From Marsupella aquatica (Eukaryota > Plantae > Marchantiophyta): a DNA stretch of 64,000 nt. The notes beneath the pieces were generated by a model. It made no database searches and was not told where the DNA came from. It saw only the letters and a program-made list of their open reading frames with translations. A program made the position numbers and the translations under genes. This document shows, in pieces, positions 35,735 through 50,720 of the stretch (position 1 is its first letter; every line of letters starts with the position of its first letter). The DNA lies in assembly GCA_973895155.1 (NCBI GenBank), contig OZ316891.1:5613708-5677707 (forward strand). Reading direction: 5' to 3'.

Positions 35735-36046
35735 CTTGCAAATGGCAGCAGTTCACCTTGGATATATTCCACCCTGATTGAGATGTGACGCACCTAACGG
35801 TTAACAGCAATCGCAGACCTCTTTGAATGGAGACTTCTTTGAGTATTCGAAGGCGTCTGTCATCCCAGACGATCCAATCAAAGGATCGCCGATCTTTCAT
35901 GCGTAGGATGTCCTGCACTCAGTAAAGTTGATTGTGTCAGTTGATTGACTCCTAGTCTCGTCATACAGGTATGCATACCGAACTTTGCTGGAGGCTTACA
36001 AAGCGCTCGAGTCTTGGAGGCCATCGCTACTACCATAGTAAAGTTA

Positions 36047-36614
36047 GGGTGTCTTTACAAGACGTTGTGGCAGTTGCCACATTTTTTTTGTGTCCAAGAT
36101 TTGATAAGGCCATCCATTTGAGAGAAATTGCTCTTGTTCACTTTACAAAACTCTGGGGGCACTTTCAACCCAATCTGTTACCAATCTTACATGGAACCCA
36201 ATTTTTGTTTATGTGGAGCACTCTTTTGTCCTAGATTTTAGATCACCTCTCTTGATGGTTTCTTCTTCTGGCAGCTTGGTACATTTCTATTTTAAATCAT
36301 TTGTAATAAAAAGGGACTTACAAGTCCTTCATAAGATATTCTCTTCTCACATTTACAAAGACTTTAGCCAAAGATTACGTGACATTCAGGTGGAGTGGGT
36401 CCTCAATCTGTCTTTTAGTCAATTAATCTGACACCATTGGTTGCACTTGGCTTTACAAGACCTTGGGGGCAATAAAAGGATTCAAAAAATGCTTTTAGCC
36501 CCGGGACACTATATTTAGTGTGTTCAATGGCTCTCCGGTTTGCTTTGGTAAAAAAAAATCCGTGTTTTGGTTAAAAAAACTCCCAAGTGCCCCCGACCTC
36601 TTGTAAAGTCCTCC
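36047..36614. mobile_element. Harbinger/Tourist-like MITE
   Basis: Imperfect TIRs gggtgtctttacaagacgttgtggca / tgccccgacctcttgtaaagtcctcc; TTA TSD; TIR core ctttacaa shared with the 26576 element. Confidence 0.7.
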
Positions 36615-38384
36615 TTAATCGTTCTGTTGCATCTGAGGATAGATGACTTCGGCGCAAACAAGTGGAAGAGATTCAAGTTTTCCTGCGGCCGTAGATCAAG
36701 GGTTGTGCCTTCTGCCGGTTTCCCGCCAGAATGGTATTGGTTAGTGTCAAAATGTACTTGTTCTCAATAACTACGAGGTATGCCGGGAAAAAAATGAAAT
36801 GCGTTATGCAAGCGTACTGATACAGTAGTATTGACCCGGGTGTAGTATTGCCACCAGAACTGAAAAGTCATTCATGGTCACAATAGGCACTCTGATTTGC
36901 GATCACATTATTATTAGACCGAACCAATATCTAGTTAATACTGCTTTGCCAGGATAAACCCACTAAACTCTCTGGGCCCAAATTTGGGGCACCATCACGC
37001 TACTACACTTTGGTTTGGTTCAGCAAATCATGGGATGGAATTATTCAGAATTTCAGATTGCTCAAGATAGTGAAGGAGATTCGGAAAAAAATCCTCGGCG
37101 TTTTTTCCTACAGCTCGCAAGAAATTCTAGCTCGCACCGACTCAAAACAACTGAATCACACCCTCGCATGACGTATTGTCGGTATTCAAGTCCAAATAAC
37201 TATCCCGAGACGGTACTGGAATGACCATCAGCACAAGGACGCTCGAATGAAGGTAAATTAATGCGTGGGTCCTCTAAATGCATGGAATGACGGCTGCCAG
37301 ACCTGCCAGGCGACAGCCGCCATCGTCTGAGTAAACGAAGGAGTGAAGCATAGCCCAGAATTAGCGGGACGAAGATGCTCCATAATGATTATGCCAATGC
37401 AGTACTTTAAACCCTTTTTGAATTACTCACAAGCCAGCCGTCTAGTAACCTCTGCAAGGAGTACTCATAGAGTCATGTTGTCAGGGCATCTTTGTAGGGG
37501 CGGAAAGTGAAAACAGAAGAAATCAAATGTAGTCAAGAAACTAAATTCAATCTGATTCTGTCCGTCTATCTCCGAACCTAGGGTCCAGGTTTTAAAATAG
37601 TTGGGTCCTGCCGTCTCTTAGTTGGTGCCACAGTGGCAGTGGGGGACGCAGACAAGAACGAATAAGTGATTATCTGCGAACCCAATAGGCCAATACTCTC
37701 TGCAATTCGCTGCAAGTAGTCGGCTATGAATCATTCTATCCCTGACGAGTTGTAACTAAAGGGGCCACTGACACCGACAATTAGAACGCACGTACTGCAC
37801 TGGGCAGAATCGCTGAAGCCTGAAGGTGTAATAGAAACACCACAGCCGACTCCGTATAATTCACGTTTGTCATTGATGGCATCAGTATCTCCAATGGCGA
37901 GGATCGCGTAGCAACGAATCGATGTGACGTTAGTGAATCACACAGTTTTACGGCATTGTAGACATTCTTGTCCAAACGTGCGTAGGAGTACCCTGTCATC
38001 TGTCAATTGGTGGATATCTTTCCCTTGAACTGTGCGAAAGTAAGTGCGGGAACAGACATTTGCAATTCGATATACTCACTCAGACATCACTAAACAGTGA
38101 AAGTTTTTGTCTCAAAATACCTGTATTTTTTTTCTTCAGCCATCCTATCTATGCTTCCCCCGATGCTTCTAAGCTAAGAGTAGGTACCAAAGTTGTCTGC
38201 GCAGGTCAAATGGACATACGTTGCACAAAGTTCAAATGTGGAGTCTCAATCGGGACTCAAACCTATCTAGTGTCATCTGACTCCGCAGCCCCGGCAGGAC
38301 GATTCCGAACCCACATCTTGAACAAAGACACCTTACCAGCCTGGTGAAACAGACCGTCCGAGCATGGGGAATTCCTGGCTGAGC

Positions 38385-38868
38385 CTCACTTGTTCCCAAT
38401 CTCTATCTCTGCCTACTAAGTTACGGATACCAAACTAGAGAGCAGATTAGATACTGCGCGTGCGAACTTCAGAATGCCCATGCGTCGAAGAAGCGGTCGT
38501 TCAATACAAAATGTAACCAGTGGCACGGCCCATAAGAAGGAAAGGTCCACTTACTCCAATCTGTATCTCTGCCTACTGGATGGGTACGGATTTTGAAATA
38601 GAAAGCAGATTACATACTGCGCGCACGAACCTTGGAATGCACATTGTCGTAGAAGCAGTCGTTCATACATAAGGTAACCAGTGGCACGGCCCATAAGAAG
38701 AAAGGTTCACTTATTCCAATTCTCTCTCTCTCTGCCTACTGGATGGTTACGAACATTAAAATAGAAAGCAGACTAGATACAGCGCGTACGAACCTTGGAA
38801 TGCACATAATCGTAGAAGCGGTTGTTCATACAGAAGATAACAAGTGGCACGGCCCAGAAGACGGAAAG
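38385..38868. repeat. Three ~160-bp tandem repeats
   Basis: tctctgcctact...agcagattag/ca..atactgcgcg..cgaac..gaatgc...gtggcacggccca occurs three times. Confidence 0.85.
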
Positions 38869-41800
38869 GACGATTGTTATCTCAGCAATGAAATTCTACT
38901 TACGAGGCCTTTTCAGCCTTCGCACTTGCTAGAGAGTGCCCACCACTATGTAGCCTTCTCATCCGGGCGAGATTTGCGCAACGAATTATAGCTCTTAATT
39001 TTACTTAGCCGGAACAGAAGGATTGGACCGAAAAGTCATGCAATCTACATAATCCGCAGATGATCTGGACATGATTGTGTCTTGTTTACCCCATTGCCTG
39101 TGGCTTAAATTACAAAAGAGATTGTAGCTCTCTGGACTTGGCATCGCCCATGCCTCCTGACGCTGCTTCCTGGCAATCTTTCTGTTGTGATTAATGATTG
39201 GCTGTCGGTGTCGTAATCGCCAACGATGTCTGTACTCGAGGGACGATCTTCTAGAGTCTATACGCCTAGATGTCACCAAAATTTCTACAGCAGACGGGGC
39301 ATGTTTTATAAAAACTTGCTCGATTCGTGTTCATGTTCGAACTAAACTAACCGAACACAGATTGCAGCCAAAGGACTTCAACGCTACAGAGAATCTTGGA
39401 ACAGCCGTGTGGGAATAAGGGATTAATTCGCCAAAGGAAGGATTATCCAATTATAGTACAAAGACTCTTCTATTCTGATACGAATTGCATGAGTACTTTT
39501 CTTGTACTTCAATGTTGAAGATGTTTCGACTGGTTTACATTCTTCACCGTCATTGACAGAATTTCTAAATGAAAAAGGTTAGAAAACACCGTCTGTGCGA
39601 TCGAGACGAGGGCCGGTTTTCTGTGTATCATTCTTTAGGTTGGCTCGCCACATTCCACAAGATTGGCTCGAGTTGGCTTTTGCCCCCATCAGTGAGTGTC
39701 AAGACAGACAACTCCAGATCATCGTGACACACTCGCACCCAATACAAATTTATTGATCGTGTCACGAGAGGAGGTGGATCCTTTTGCCCAGGCCAGGTGG
39801 CTCAACTTTCTGGACAAATCAACGTCCTACACCTAAACGAAATTTATGGCCTATATGTCATCAAGTCTACTGTAGCTAGTCTAGACTGGACACCAATAAT
39901 ATGGAATCGCTTCATTTGTTTACGAAAGCAATCCTAGCCATCCGATGACAGCCTGGTTTTTCCTCAGAGATGGATCTTTCCCTAAGCCTCCTCTTGTTGC
40001 CCTGCCTTGGCTCCGCATTAGGGCGTCTAAAGCACATCCTGTTACTGCCTCCGGTCGCAGTCAGTGATGGATTCCCGGGAAAAAAGTGGCAGACACAAAA
40101 ATCCTTGTCCGCACACTGCTGAACTGAACCGTAGTCAAAACTGATAGTTCTTGGCGTCATTTTTTTTCCTGCAACTCCAACCTTTGAGACACCCTATTGC
40201 AGACACATGGAGAGCATGCTTGTTAATTACCAAAGATCATCTGGAGGCTAATTCATTCTTGTTAGCATTGATTTACCCTAAGTAGCTGCCCTCTACCCTT
40301 GTATGCCAGAGATTGCTTTTAGTGGTGAATGGAGACCGTCCTGTGCCTCCATTATGCATTTAAAAAACAAGGAAATGAGGAGGGAGAGAAAAGGGGTACC
40401 CCACCATTTTTGGTGCCCAAAGCCCTTCCTCACAACATCAATATTTCTGCAATAAATGGCAATGAGCAACTGGATAAACACCACTTTCACAAAAACAGCA
40501 TTTGCCAAAGGGTAACATTTCTACAATAACCACCCAGCCAAAATGAGAACATTTTTACCACCACAACCTGCATGGATGACGACTGGAATGACAATACACT
40601 CACAATAAAAATTATGCAACGTGCGGGCCATTGGGCTCACAATTTCACCTTGCCTTCACTAAAATTCCTTAGTTTCTTCGATGAGTTTTTTGCCTCAAAG
40701 GCATACACTTACTTACATGGACGACACAACATGCATAGTCACAACTTGTCTTCGTAGTTGTTTTGCAACTTTTTGTCTCACTGTGACATTTGTTGCACAA
40801 TGCATGAGCACTGGATTTTTCGGGTCCAGATTTTTTTGTCTGTTGATCAAGAACATAAACATGACTATGGAAAGAAGTCATCGATCGGAAAGGCTCGTTG
40901 GACAACCGACTAGGATTGTGCTAGTAACTGATTGAAGCCTAGAATCCAGTTAGTAGCAAACTGAGCAGAAAGGCTCATTGGATGATCTGTTAGTATTGTG
41001 CTAGAAACTGAATCCAGACTTAGACTTTGATCACAAATTACATCTAGACAGCTCATTAGTTGGCCAAACAAAATAAAGCATTTGTGATAACCCTCAAAGT
41101 GCAATTTAAGATCTTGCATCACAAGGCTCTTTGAATTCAACTAGCAATATTGTGAATTGCACCAGAGGCATTACCTTTACTTTACAAATTGTATGATGCG
41201 TGTTCATGCTGGTGTTCATGGAGAAAAAATTATGAACCAAACTGTTGTTAGTTTGGCTCTCTTATGTAAGGTAGAACAATAATCCAAGTATATTGAAGGT
41301 TGCTGAGAACAATTTTGTTCCCTCTAACTTATTCATTTCAAGTAGTGCCCTCATCCTAGGGCCACAACCACCATGACTGTGTGCTCCTAATTATTTTACG
41401 ATGACCAAGTTTTGTTTTGTTTTGTTTTTTAAGAAACGAGAGAGGGAAACCTTGCCCAAAACTTTATCGTGCACAGCTGCAAGAGTCCATTTTTCCACCT
41501 TCCATGACCTGGTCTTGTCCTCAAATGTGGCAAACCAACTTACTTCTTCACTTCTAGAAGCACTATGAAAAGGGTTTTTGGTCTCTAGTATAAATCCTCT
41601 TGTGACCCTCCTATATAGTTGCCCCCCAGCTCTACAGGGCTTTTCACTTGGTTGCTCATTAGGCTTTAAATTCTTTTGTCATTGTTGGGGACTCACAGGC
41701 TCTTTGGTCTTCCTCTGTTTTGGCCCTTTATCAGGTCTCCTTCCATTGGGATCATGTCTCCCCATATGACTCTTTTTTTTTAATCTTTGGCGGTGCTATA

Positions 41801-42999
41801 TATAATATTGTCGGTGGAAGGGTGATTTCTGATTTCACCTTGTAGTTGAACAAATCACAAGAAAACAAGTACAAGAGAAAAATTGAGAGATGCCAAGTTG
41901 ACTATGCAACCAAATAGCAGGTTAAGTTTTCTTGTAAGATAATGTGCTCTGTCTATGTAGATTGTTGTTTAATGTTTTGGGGAACTATTCAGACAAAATA
42001 ATAAATAAATTATTTTGAGTTGACCCCAAGATGGAGTTGCCCAAAACTCGAGCAATTTGGAATGGACGCAAACACGAGCAGCTGGAATCCTACCATAGCC
42101 CAATGTTGCAGCTTTGACGAAGCAGCCAACGAAAAAGTTGCACAGGGATATCTTTCTAGAGTCCTGTAGTGTGGACTGTGTAGAGTGCGGCCCACCAAAG
42201 GTCGGGGGCAATCAAAATTGTGGACAGCTGAAATCGTAATCTCTCTTCGCCCTGCTCGTTTGAGGTCGAGGTCTTTCCCGAAGATTGTGGCAAGACCACC
42301 CTGTGGCAACCATACGAAATTTCTCCGCATCAGAGCTTGACTTGTGGAACCCACAGATTAGAAACACGTTCACCGGTCATCATGCGACTGAATCTCCTCT
42401 CATTCAATTCTGGCCACGTAGTCGGATGAACTTCGAATGATTCCTTTCGAAAGGTTTGGCCTCGTTGAAGATCTTTGCGGGCTTACGTGATTCTCTTTTT
42501 TTTCTGGTCCGACTGTCGGAAATTTACCCCGCACCTCGCAAGCCCTCTGTTCGCTCCTTCAATTCGGTGTCGGAGTCTTGAGCGCAGCTCGAATTAGATC
42601 GAAGGGTCGACTTGATGTCAATTACTGCGGTAAGGTTGCGAAGCTGAATAGTAGTTTTGGCAAGGAGGGCGAGGAGAATTCTACTGTACAGGGACGTGGA
42701 CGTGTGAAGGATTAGGCACGCTATGTTCTTTCTCAATTTTGATCAATTCGTAGTTCAATTTTGGCGACCTTGGGATTGACAGAGGTTACGCTTCTTTTGT
42801 CAAACGAAATGTGCTGAAATTGTAGCCTCTCGCACACAGGTGAGGCGTTTGTTGGTGCTGTTGGCAATCCGGGTATGAAATGGGTCAGCTGAAGTAGCAC
42901 AAGGAGAAGGAGTCACGCTTTTCAAGCGGGTGCACGCGTCTGCAAATTCCATTAAAGTGTCATTCGGTTCGGACATTCTAATTGGGTCGAATTCGGCTC

Positions 43000-44439
43000 A
43001 TGGAGAAAGGCACAGGTGACAGCCCTCCAGAAACGTCCGCAAGTTCGAGCCCTCGTTCCACACTTCGGTGGAAGGACGTCTGGGGTTCCGAGAGGACTAT
43101 TGCAGATCTGGAGCCGACCAAGTATAAACCGCTGGTACGTGATGCCTCGCACACGAGGTCGAAATCGGTTATTGGAGTCTCATCTTCCGTAACTCCGGAT
43201 GGGCCAAAAACACGATCTCTTCAATTGGAAACGCCGACGAGATGTAAATCGTTTGTAGGACTGCCATCGAGAGGAACTCCTGATGGGCCGAAAACACCAC
43301 CTCTTCAATTGGAACGTCGGTTTCGAAGGCTTTCTCTTCCTCTGGATGCCGACCGGAGAGAATGTGGAGAGCTTCGAATTTCTGAATCGACTGTCGGTAC
43401 CGACGGATCTGCCACGAATTCTCGTTTAACTCCGATATCAGGAGCCGTCCAGCTCGCTGCAAACGAACGAGTTCGAGGAGCTCAGCGGTCTCAGTTGTGG
43501 GAACCGGTCTGGCTTCATGATTTCCCGACCGATGTCTTTCCTCCTGCTTTGTCGAGAGCGAGCTCATCAGCTCAAGATGATGGGACCTTCTCCAGCAGCG
43601 CCGGTGAGGATATGTGGAGTGTTGGTTCCTCGGACTCAAGTGTTCCTAGAGCACGTGGGCAAAAAGCAGCGCCGAGCAATCGGATGGAAATCGTCTCTTC
43701 GTTAAGCGAGGAGTTGGTGTCTATCAAATCTAGTATGAAGCGAGCGATTGATCTGGGAAAGCAGGTGCAACGTCACGGAGCTTTGGAGGTGTCACAATTG
43801 CGGGGGGAGAAGGCGAATGCGGAGGCAGCAATCCGAAAGGCGGTACTGCTAAGTCATGATCTTGAGCAACAGGTGACTACCCTGCGCGACGAAGTGCAAA
43901 AGCTGCAATGGGAGCGGGAGCTAGAAGTCCGCTCCATGAACAACGAGATCCGGGAACTAAAGATGGAACGGAATAATTTGAGGAAAACTGTGCAAGAAGA
44001 GAAGAATAAACGGGAGAAGCTGCAGATCGAGGTTGATTCTGTCCTCAGTGTGCTTTTGGAGGAGAAGATGAAGCTCGAAAGCGAGCGAGATGCTCACGAT
44101 ATTGCCGTGCGGAATGAGAAGAAGAAGTTGCAGGCCATGCGGAAGTCGCGGGACGCTGCTGTGAAAACTCTAGAGGAAGGAAACAGGAAGTTAGATGTAG
44201 AACGAGACGCCATGCTCTTGGCAATGCGTGACCTGACATCGAGGCTAGACTTCGAGCGAGACGCCAAGTTGAGAACTATGCGTCGAACAAGTATGGAAAT
44301 GGCGACCATGATGTCGGGCTCGAGATCAAGCGGCAGTAGAAGGCAAAGTTTCGGATTTAATGATGATCAAAGTCCCCGCTCGCAGTCAATTTCGCGGCAT
44401 AATTCAAAGCAATATGAGCAGTTCGTAATTCCGTCGTGA
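43000..44439 (+). CDS. Unknown protein: S/P-rich disordered N-half, C-terminal coiled coil (~479 aa)
   Basis: Long intronless ORF with first ATG at 43000; internal TPDGPKT..LQLE duplication; heptad-rich C-half; no RING. Confidence 0.7.
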   Translation: MEKGTGDSPPETSASSSPRSTLRWKDVWGSERTIADLEPTKYKPLVRDASHTRSKSVIGVSSSVTPDGPKTRSLQLETPTRCKSFVGLPSRGTPDGPKTPPLQLERRFRRLSLPLDADRRECGELRISESTVGTDGSATNSRLTPISGAVQLAANERVRGAQRSQLWEPVWLHDFPTDVFPPALSRASSSAQDDGTFSSSAGEDMWSVGSSDSSVPRARGQKAAPSNRMEIVSSLSEELVSIKSSMKRAIDLGKQVQRHGALEVSQLRGEKANAEAAIRKAVLLSHDLEQQVTTLRDEVQKLQWERELEVRSMNNEIRELKMERNNLRKTVQEEKNKREKLQIEVDSVLSVLLEEKMKLESERDAHDIAVRNEKKKLQAMRKSRDAAVKTLEEGNRKLDVERDAMLLAMRDLTSRLDFERDAKLRTMRRTSMEMATMMSGSRSSGSRRQSFGFNDDQSPRSQSISRHNSKQYEQFVIPS

Positions 44440-47400
44440 GCTGTACTACAGTAGCTGACCGTTGAGTGCATTACATGGCGAATTGCGTGATGAACACTCA
44501 GTGCATTAGATGCCGAATTTTTCGGAGAGACATTCTAATTATGGAGTGCATAGATCAGCCAAAGCTAGGAACTGCTGGTCGGGAAGAGCACAAGAGAGAC
44601 CAGTCACACGGAGCTTGATTTGTTCGGACCAAACCTTTTCTCGCGTCGAAGTAAACAGTGCTCTAGTGCAAGGCTGGGGTTTTTGATGCAGGTCTTCAGT
44701 AATTGCTTCAAACATTTGGTACTAAGCTGTGTAATTTTCGACTTGCATTTCTGAACCCTCTATGCACAAGTATTGCCACTCCACAGACTGGATTTCATGA
44801 TTCATGGCATCCATCTGAGTTCTCGCCATTCCGGTTGTAATGTTTTTTCTTTGTATTTGAATTGGGCGATCTGAGTTTCCGAAAGGTGAAATCAAGTACT
44901 GCATCGCGATGTGCTTTGGTTTCGCTGTATGGTGGAACCTTCATGTTACGAACCCTGTCTTGATCTGTTACAATGAGTTGATTCCAGCGCAAGTTGTGCC
45001 AAAAATTTCTAATCAGCCATGCATGTCCAGCCGTGTGGACCTAAAGTCGCATGTTATAATGCAATTTTACTGCGTGAGTCTTGAAGAGTGTCGGTTCTTT
45101 TGCTTCAACTCTCTCAAGCCATATCCGTCTATTGAGCATTTGCCGTGAAAGGTAGACTAAATCTGGATCAGAAATTCAGCACCCCCTGCACTATAAAACG
45201 ATTATTATCACAGAACGGATGGACAGGAATTCTTTAGCGTGGGCTGTGTACCCTGAACAATTAGTATGACAACTCCCGTCCAGTGGCACAATGTCTCACA
45301 GAAAACATGATTGTCCCGATTGATCAATTAGAGAGCTTCTCTAAACACCACAAAAACAAACAACGAAATTCTTGCAGATGCTTTGCAGTTTGGTGAAAGA
45401 TACGAGCTTCTGAGAGTTAAGCTCCATTTGAGAAGAACGGCCTGAAGTTGTGGTTTAGATTTCATCCTCGTTGCAATTCTGAAAGTTGAAGCAGTTCCTC
45501 CAGTGCAACTGAATGAATGATTCTCGATCAATGAGCTCCCCGCAAATGAACAAAATGAACTCACTCCATGGCATATTGTTGCGACCATGGATGAGAATTC
45601 GACGGGGCTGATGCATAACCTCGATCTCAGTTCCCAATTATGTCACTGTCCACCGAGCCAGTCTACCTCCCCCCGTTACTGTCCTAAATTATTTTCTGGA
45701 GCGTAAGATTCAGGTTTCTTTCAAGATTACAACTGAAAAAGTTACTCTGTAGATGATTGGCAAGGCATTGAGCTTCCCAACATGGAGTCCTACCGAGATT
45801 CACTTCACATCATATGACAGCAATGACGTGATTTTCACTAATTTATCTGTTGGTCAAGTTGCTTTACTTTTCTGTGCAATTTAGTAAAATAAAACGGAAA
45901 GAACAAATTGGAGCCACATGTTTCGGTCAGATTTTGTAACAGTGATATGCTTTCGGGGATATCCTCATCTTAAAGGGAGCTTTTACTGGTTTGGTAGTGA
46001 CCAAGACAAAAACTGTCCTTGAATTGACGGAAAGCTAATTCCGTCTATGGTCCTCGCGAAGCCGTTTTTCGTTTGATCCCCTTATCTATGGACCTGTGCT
46101 GTCACGCTGACGGTAGAACATGTCAAGTAGCTGAAAAGTTGAATGTCGTTGATCTCCAGTTGAATGTTAATCCCGAGTAAGAGGATACACGAAGGGGGAG
46201 GCTGAGAAGGTCATTGATCCGGGGGAAAATTACTTACCTGTCAATGTCTGCTAGCCGGCTCACGTCGCAGCGGGCTTCGGGGCTACATATGAAGCATTTG
46301 GTTGCATGATTTGTAGAGAAAGAAACTGTTTGGGAACACTGAACCGGTGTGAATGAATTGTGTTAGCTGATAACTGGAAGGCCGGATTCTAGTTTCGCAA
46401 GTACTGCAATCGATGGCCAAAGACAAGATATAAAACAAATATTACTCGTTTGCAGATTCTTCGCTAAAGAATGCGGACATTCGTTTGAATCTATGTAACT
46501 TCGCCGATTGCTTCTTCCTCATTGAAACGCAACTTGCGCCTTTGATCTGACTCTTCAAATCAAAGTTCCTCATCCTAGCCTTCTGAACAATTCCATGCAA
46601 CAAAAGGCGAAACTCAGCATAACGCAGTAGCAGACAACATATCAATTGTCACAATAACACTTTGCTAATTACGCACTTCCCATTTTTGTCGCAGAAGATT
46701 GACTACAAGCTGTTAGGTAACTCATCTGGCAGCTGAATGTGGATCATGCAAGGCCCCTTGGATGACACAGTTAAAATGTGTCAGATTAGTAGAAAAGTGG
46801 AAGCAGGCTAAGGCAGACGTCGAAGTTTGACCGAACACTTCAATCAATTTTCTCTAGCTTTTCCAGTAAGCCAAAACCTGGATGTGAACCTCTTCGACCA
46901 TCACATGCCTGTCTTTTCTTACAATGTCATTTAGGTTGTCCGGAGCCCGAACATAGCATGAACTGGTCCAGCAGATGCTACTCTTCTGCACTCCTGAACA
47001 CAAGTCTCGCAGATCTTCACATACTAATCACAATTCGTTTCTCGCAAATCTACCAATTCAACATTAGGGAAAACTACCATGTGACCAAAACACACGCGCC
47101 AGAAGTAAGAGATAACTCATTGCGGAGGTTCTTTACGGAATATCGAAGACTTCACCCTGATTCATTGAACAACTAGAATGTTGCTGCTACCTTAGAGAAA
47201 CTGAGATGAACATTTCAAAGCCCAATCCAAATTATCAAAGCCAGACACTGTTAAGCAAGACCAACTCCAACTAGCTTGACAGTCGGGCACATTTTGAAAA
47301 TCACGCAGACAAGTGCAACGTCAACCGATTCGCGATCAAGAGAATGGTCAACAAATAGAGTTATGAAGCGTTTCTCCGGCTGCAGTTGATTACTTCGGAA

Positions 47401-47527
47401 TATTTACATCATTGAAAAGGGACGCTCAGTGAACACTTTGAAGTCCGAACCTTGCAAACTCCACATTTCTCCTCTCTAAAAATTCATTTAGTCTATGTAC
47501 AGGGGCAAGGGCAAACTAACAGTTTTC

Positions 47528-50011
<2,484 letters not shown>

Positions 50012-50329
50012 CTAGGCCGTCGATCTGGGGAGCGCGGACCGTATTCTATTTTTGAGCCGTTGGATGGATCTTGCGTGGCAAATGAGTGACATGGCCGAGG
50101 GTGTAATCCTGACTAGAAACACATCGGTTTTGCCACAGTCATGCTGTAACGCCAGGAGCTGGACGAATGGCGAAAGACCAGGTGGGCATGTGCTCTTTGC
50201 CACGAGTAACGGAGGGCCTCACTAGGAAGGGCAGTGAGGTTCATGAATCCTTTCTTGGTGTTTTCTTGGTGTGGGACCAAGTACGGCTAAGGACACTAGT
50301 CACTTGTGCCAAAGCCAAATTAGAGGCCA

Positions 50330-50720
50330 CCGTCTTAGAGCAGTTCCAAATGTTAGATTCTGGGTTCGTTTATTTGTGTGACCTTTCTCCAACCGTTACT
50401 GGGTTGGTCCATTGCAACCTATCCCCAAGTGTTACTGGGTTGGTTGGTCATTGTGGCCTATCTCCAAGTGTGACTGGATTGGTCCATTGTAACCTATCTC
50501 CAAGTGTTTCTGGGTTGGTCTATTGTGCCAAATCCAAGATTAGAGGCTGGTGTCTTAAAGCATCTCCAAGTGTTATTGGGTTAATCTATTGTGTAACCTA
50601 CAGCTGACCAAACCTAGTAAGCTTGAGAAGAAAGGCAAAACCCAACGAGTTACTGGAACACTATTCCTCAGTTATGGGCTTAGAGTATCTCTAATGGTTA
50701 TTGGGTTGCTCCCAGTAAGG
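50330..50720. repeat. ~39-bp tandem array with Tourist-like (agagcatctccaa) ends, probable Harbinger MITE remnants
   Basis: ctccaagtgttactgggttggtccattg units; ttagagcagttccaa, ttaaagcatctccaa and ttagagtatctctaa motifs. Confidence 0.5.

Noticed and set aside
40700-41140. Possible degenerate hAT transposase C-terminal remnant (minus strand AQS*SVVQRAF)
   Set aside because: Similarity is too weak to support without a profile search.
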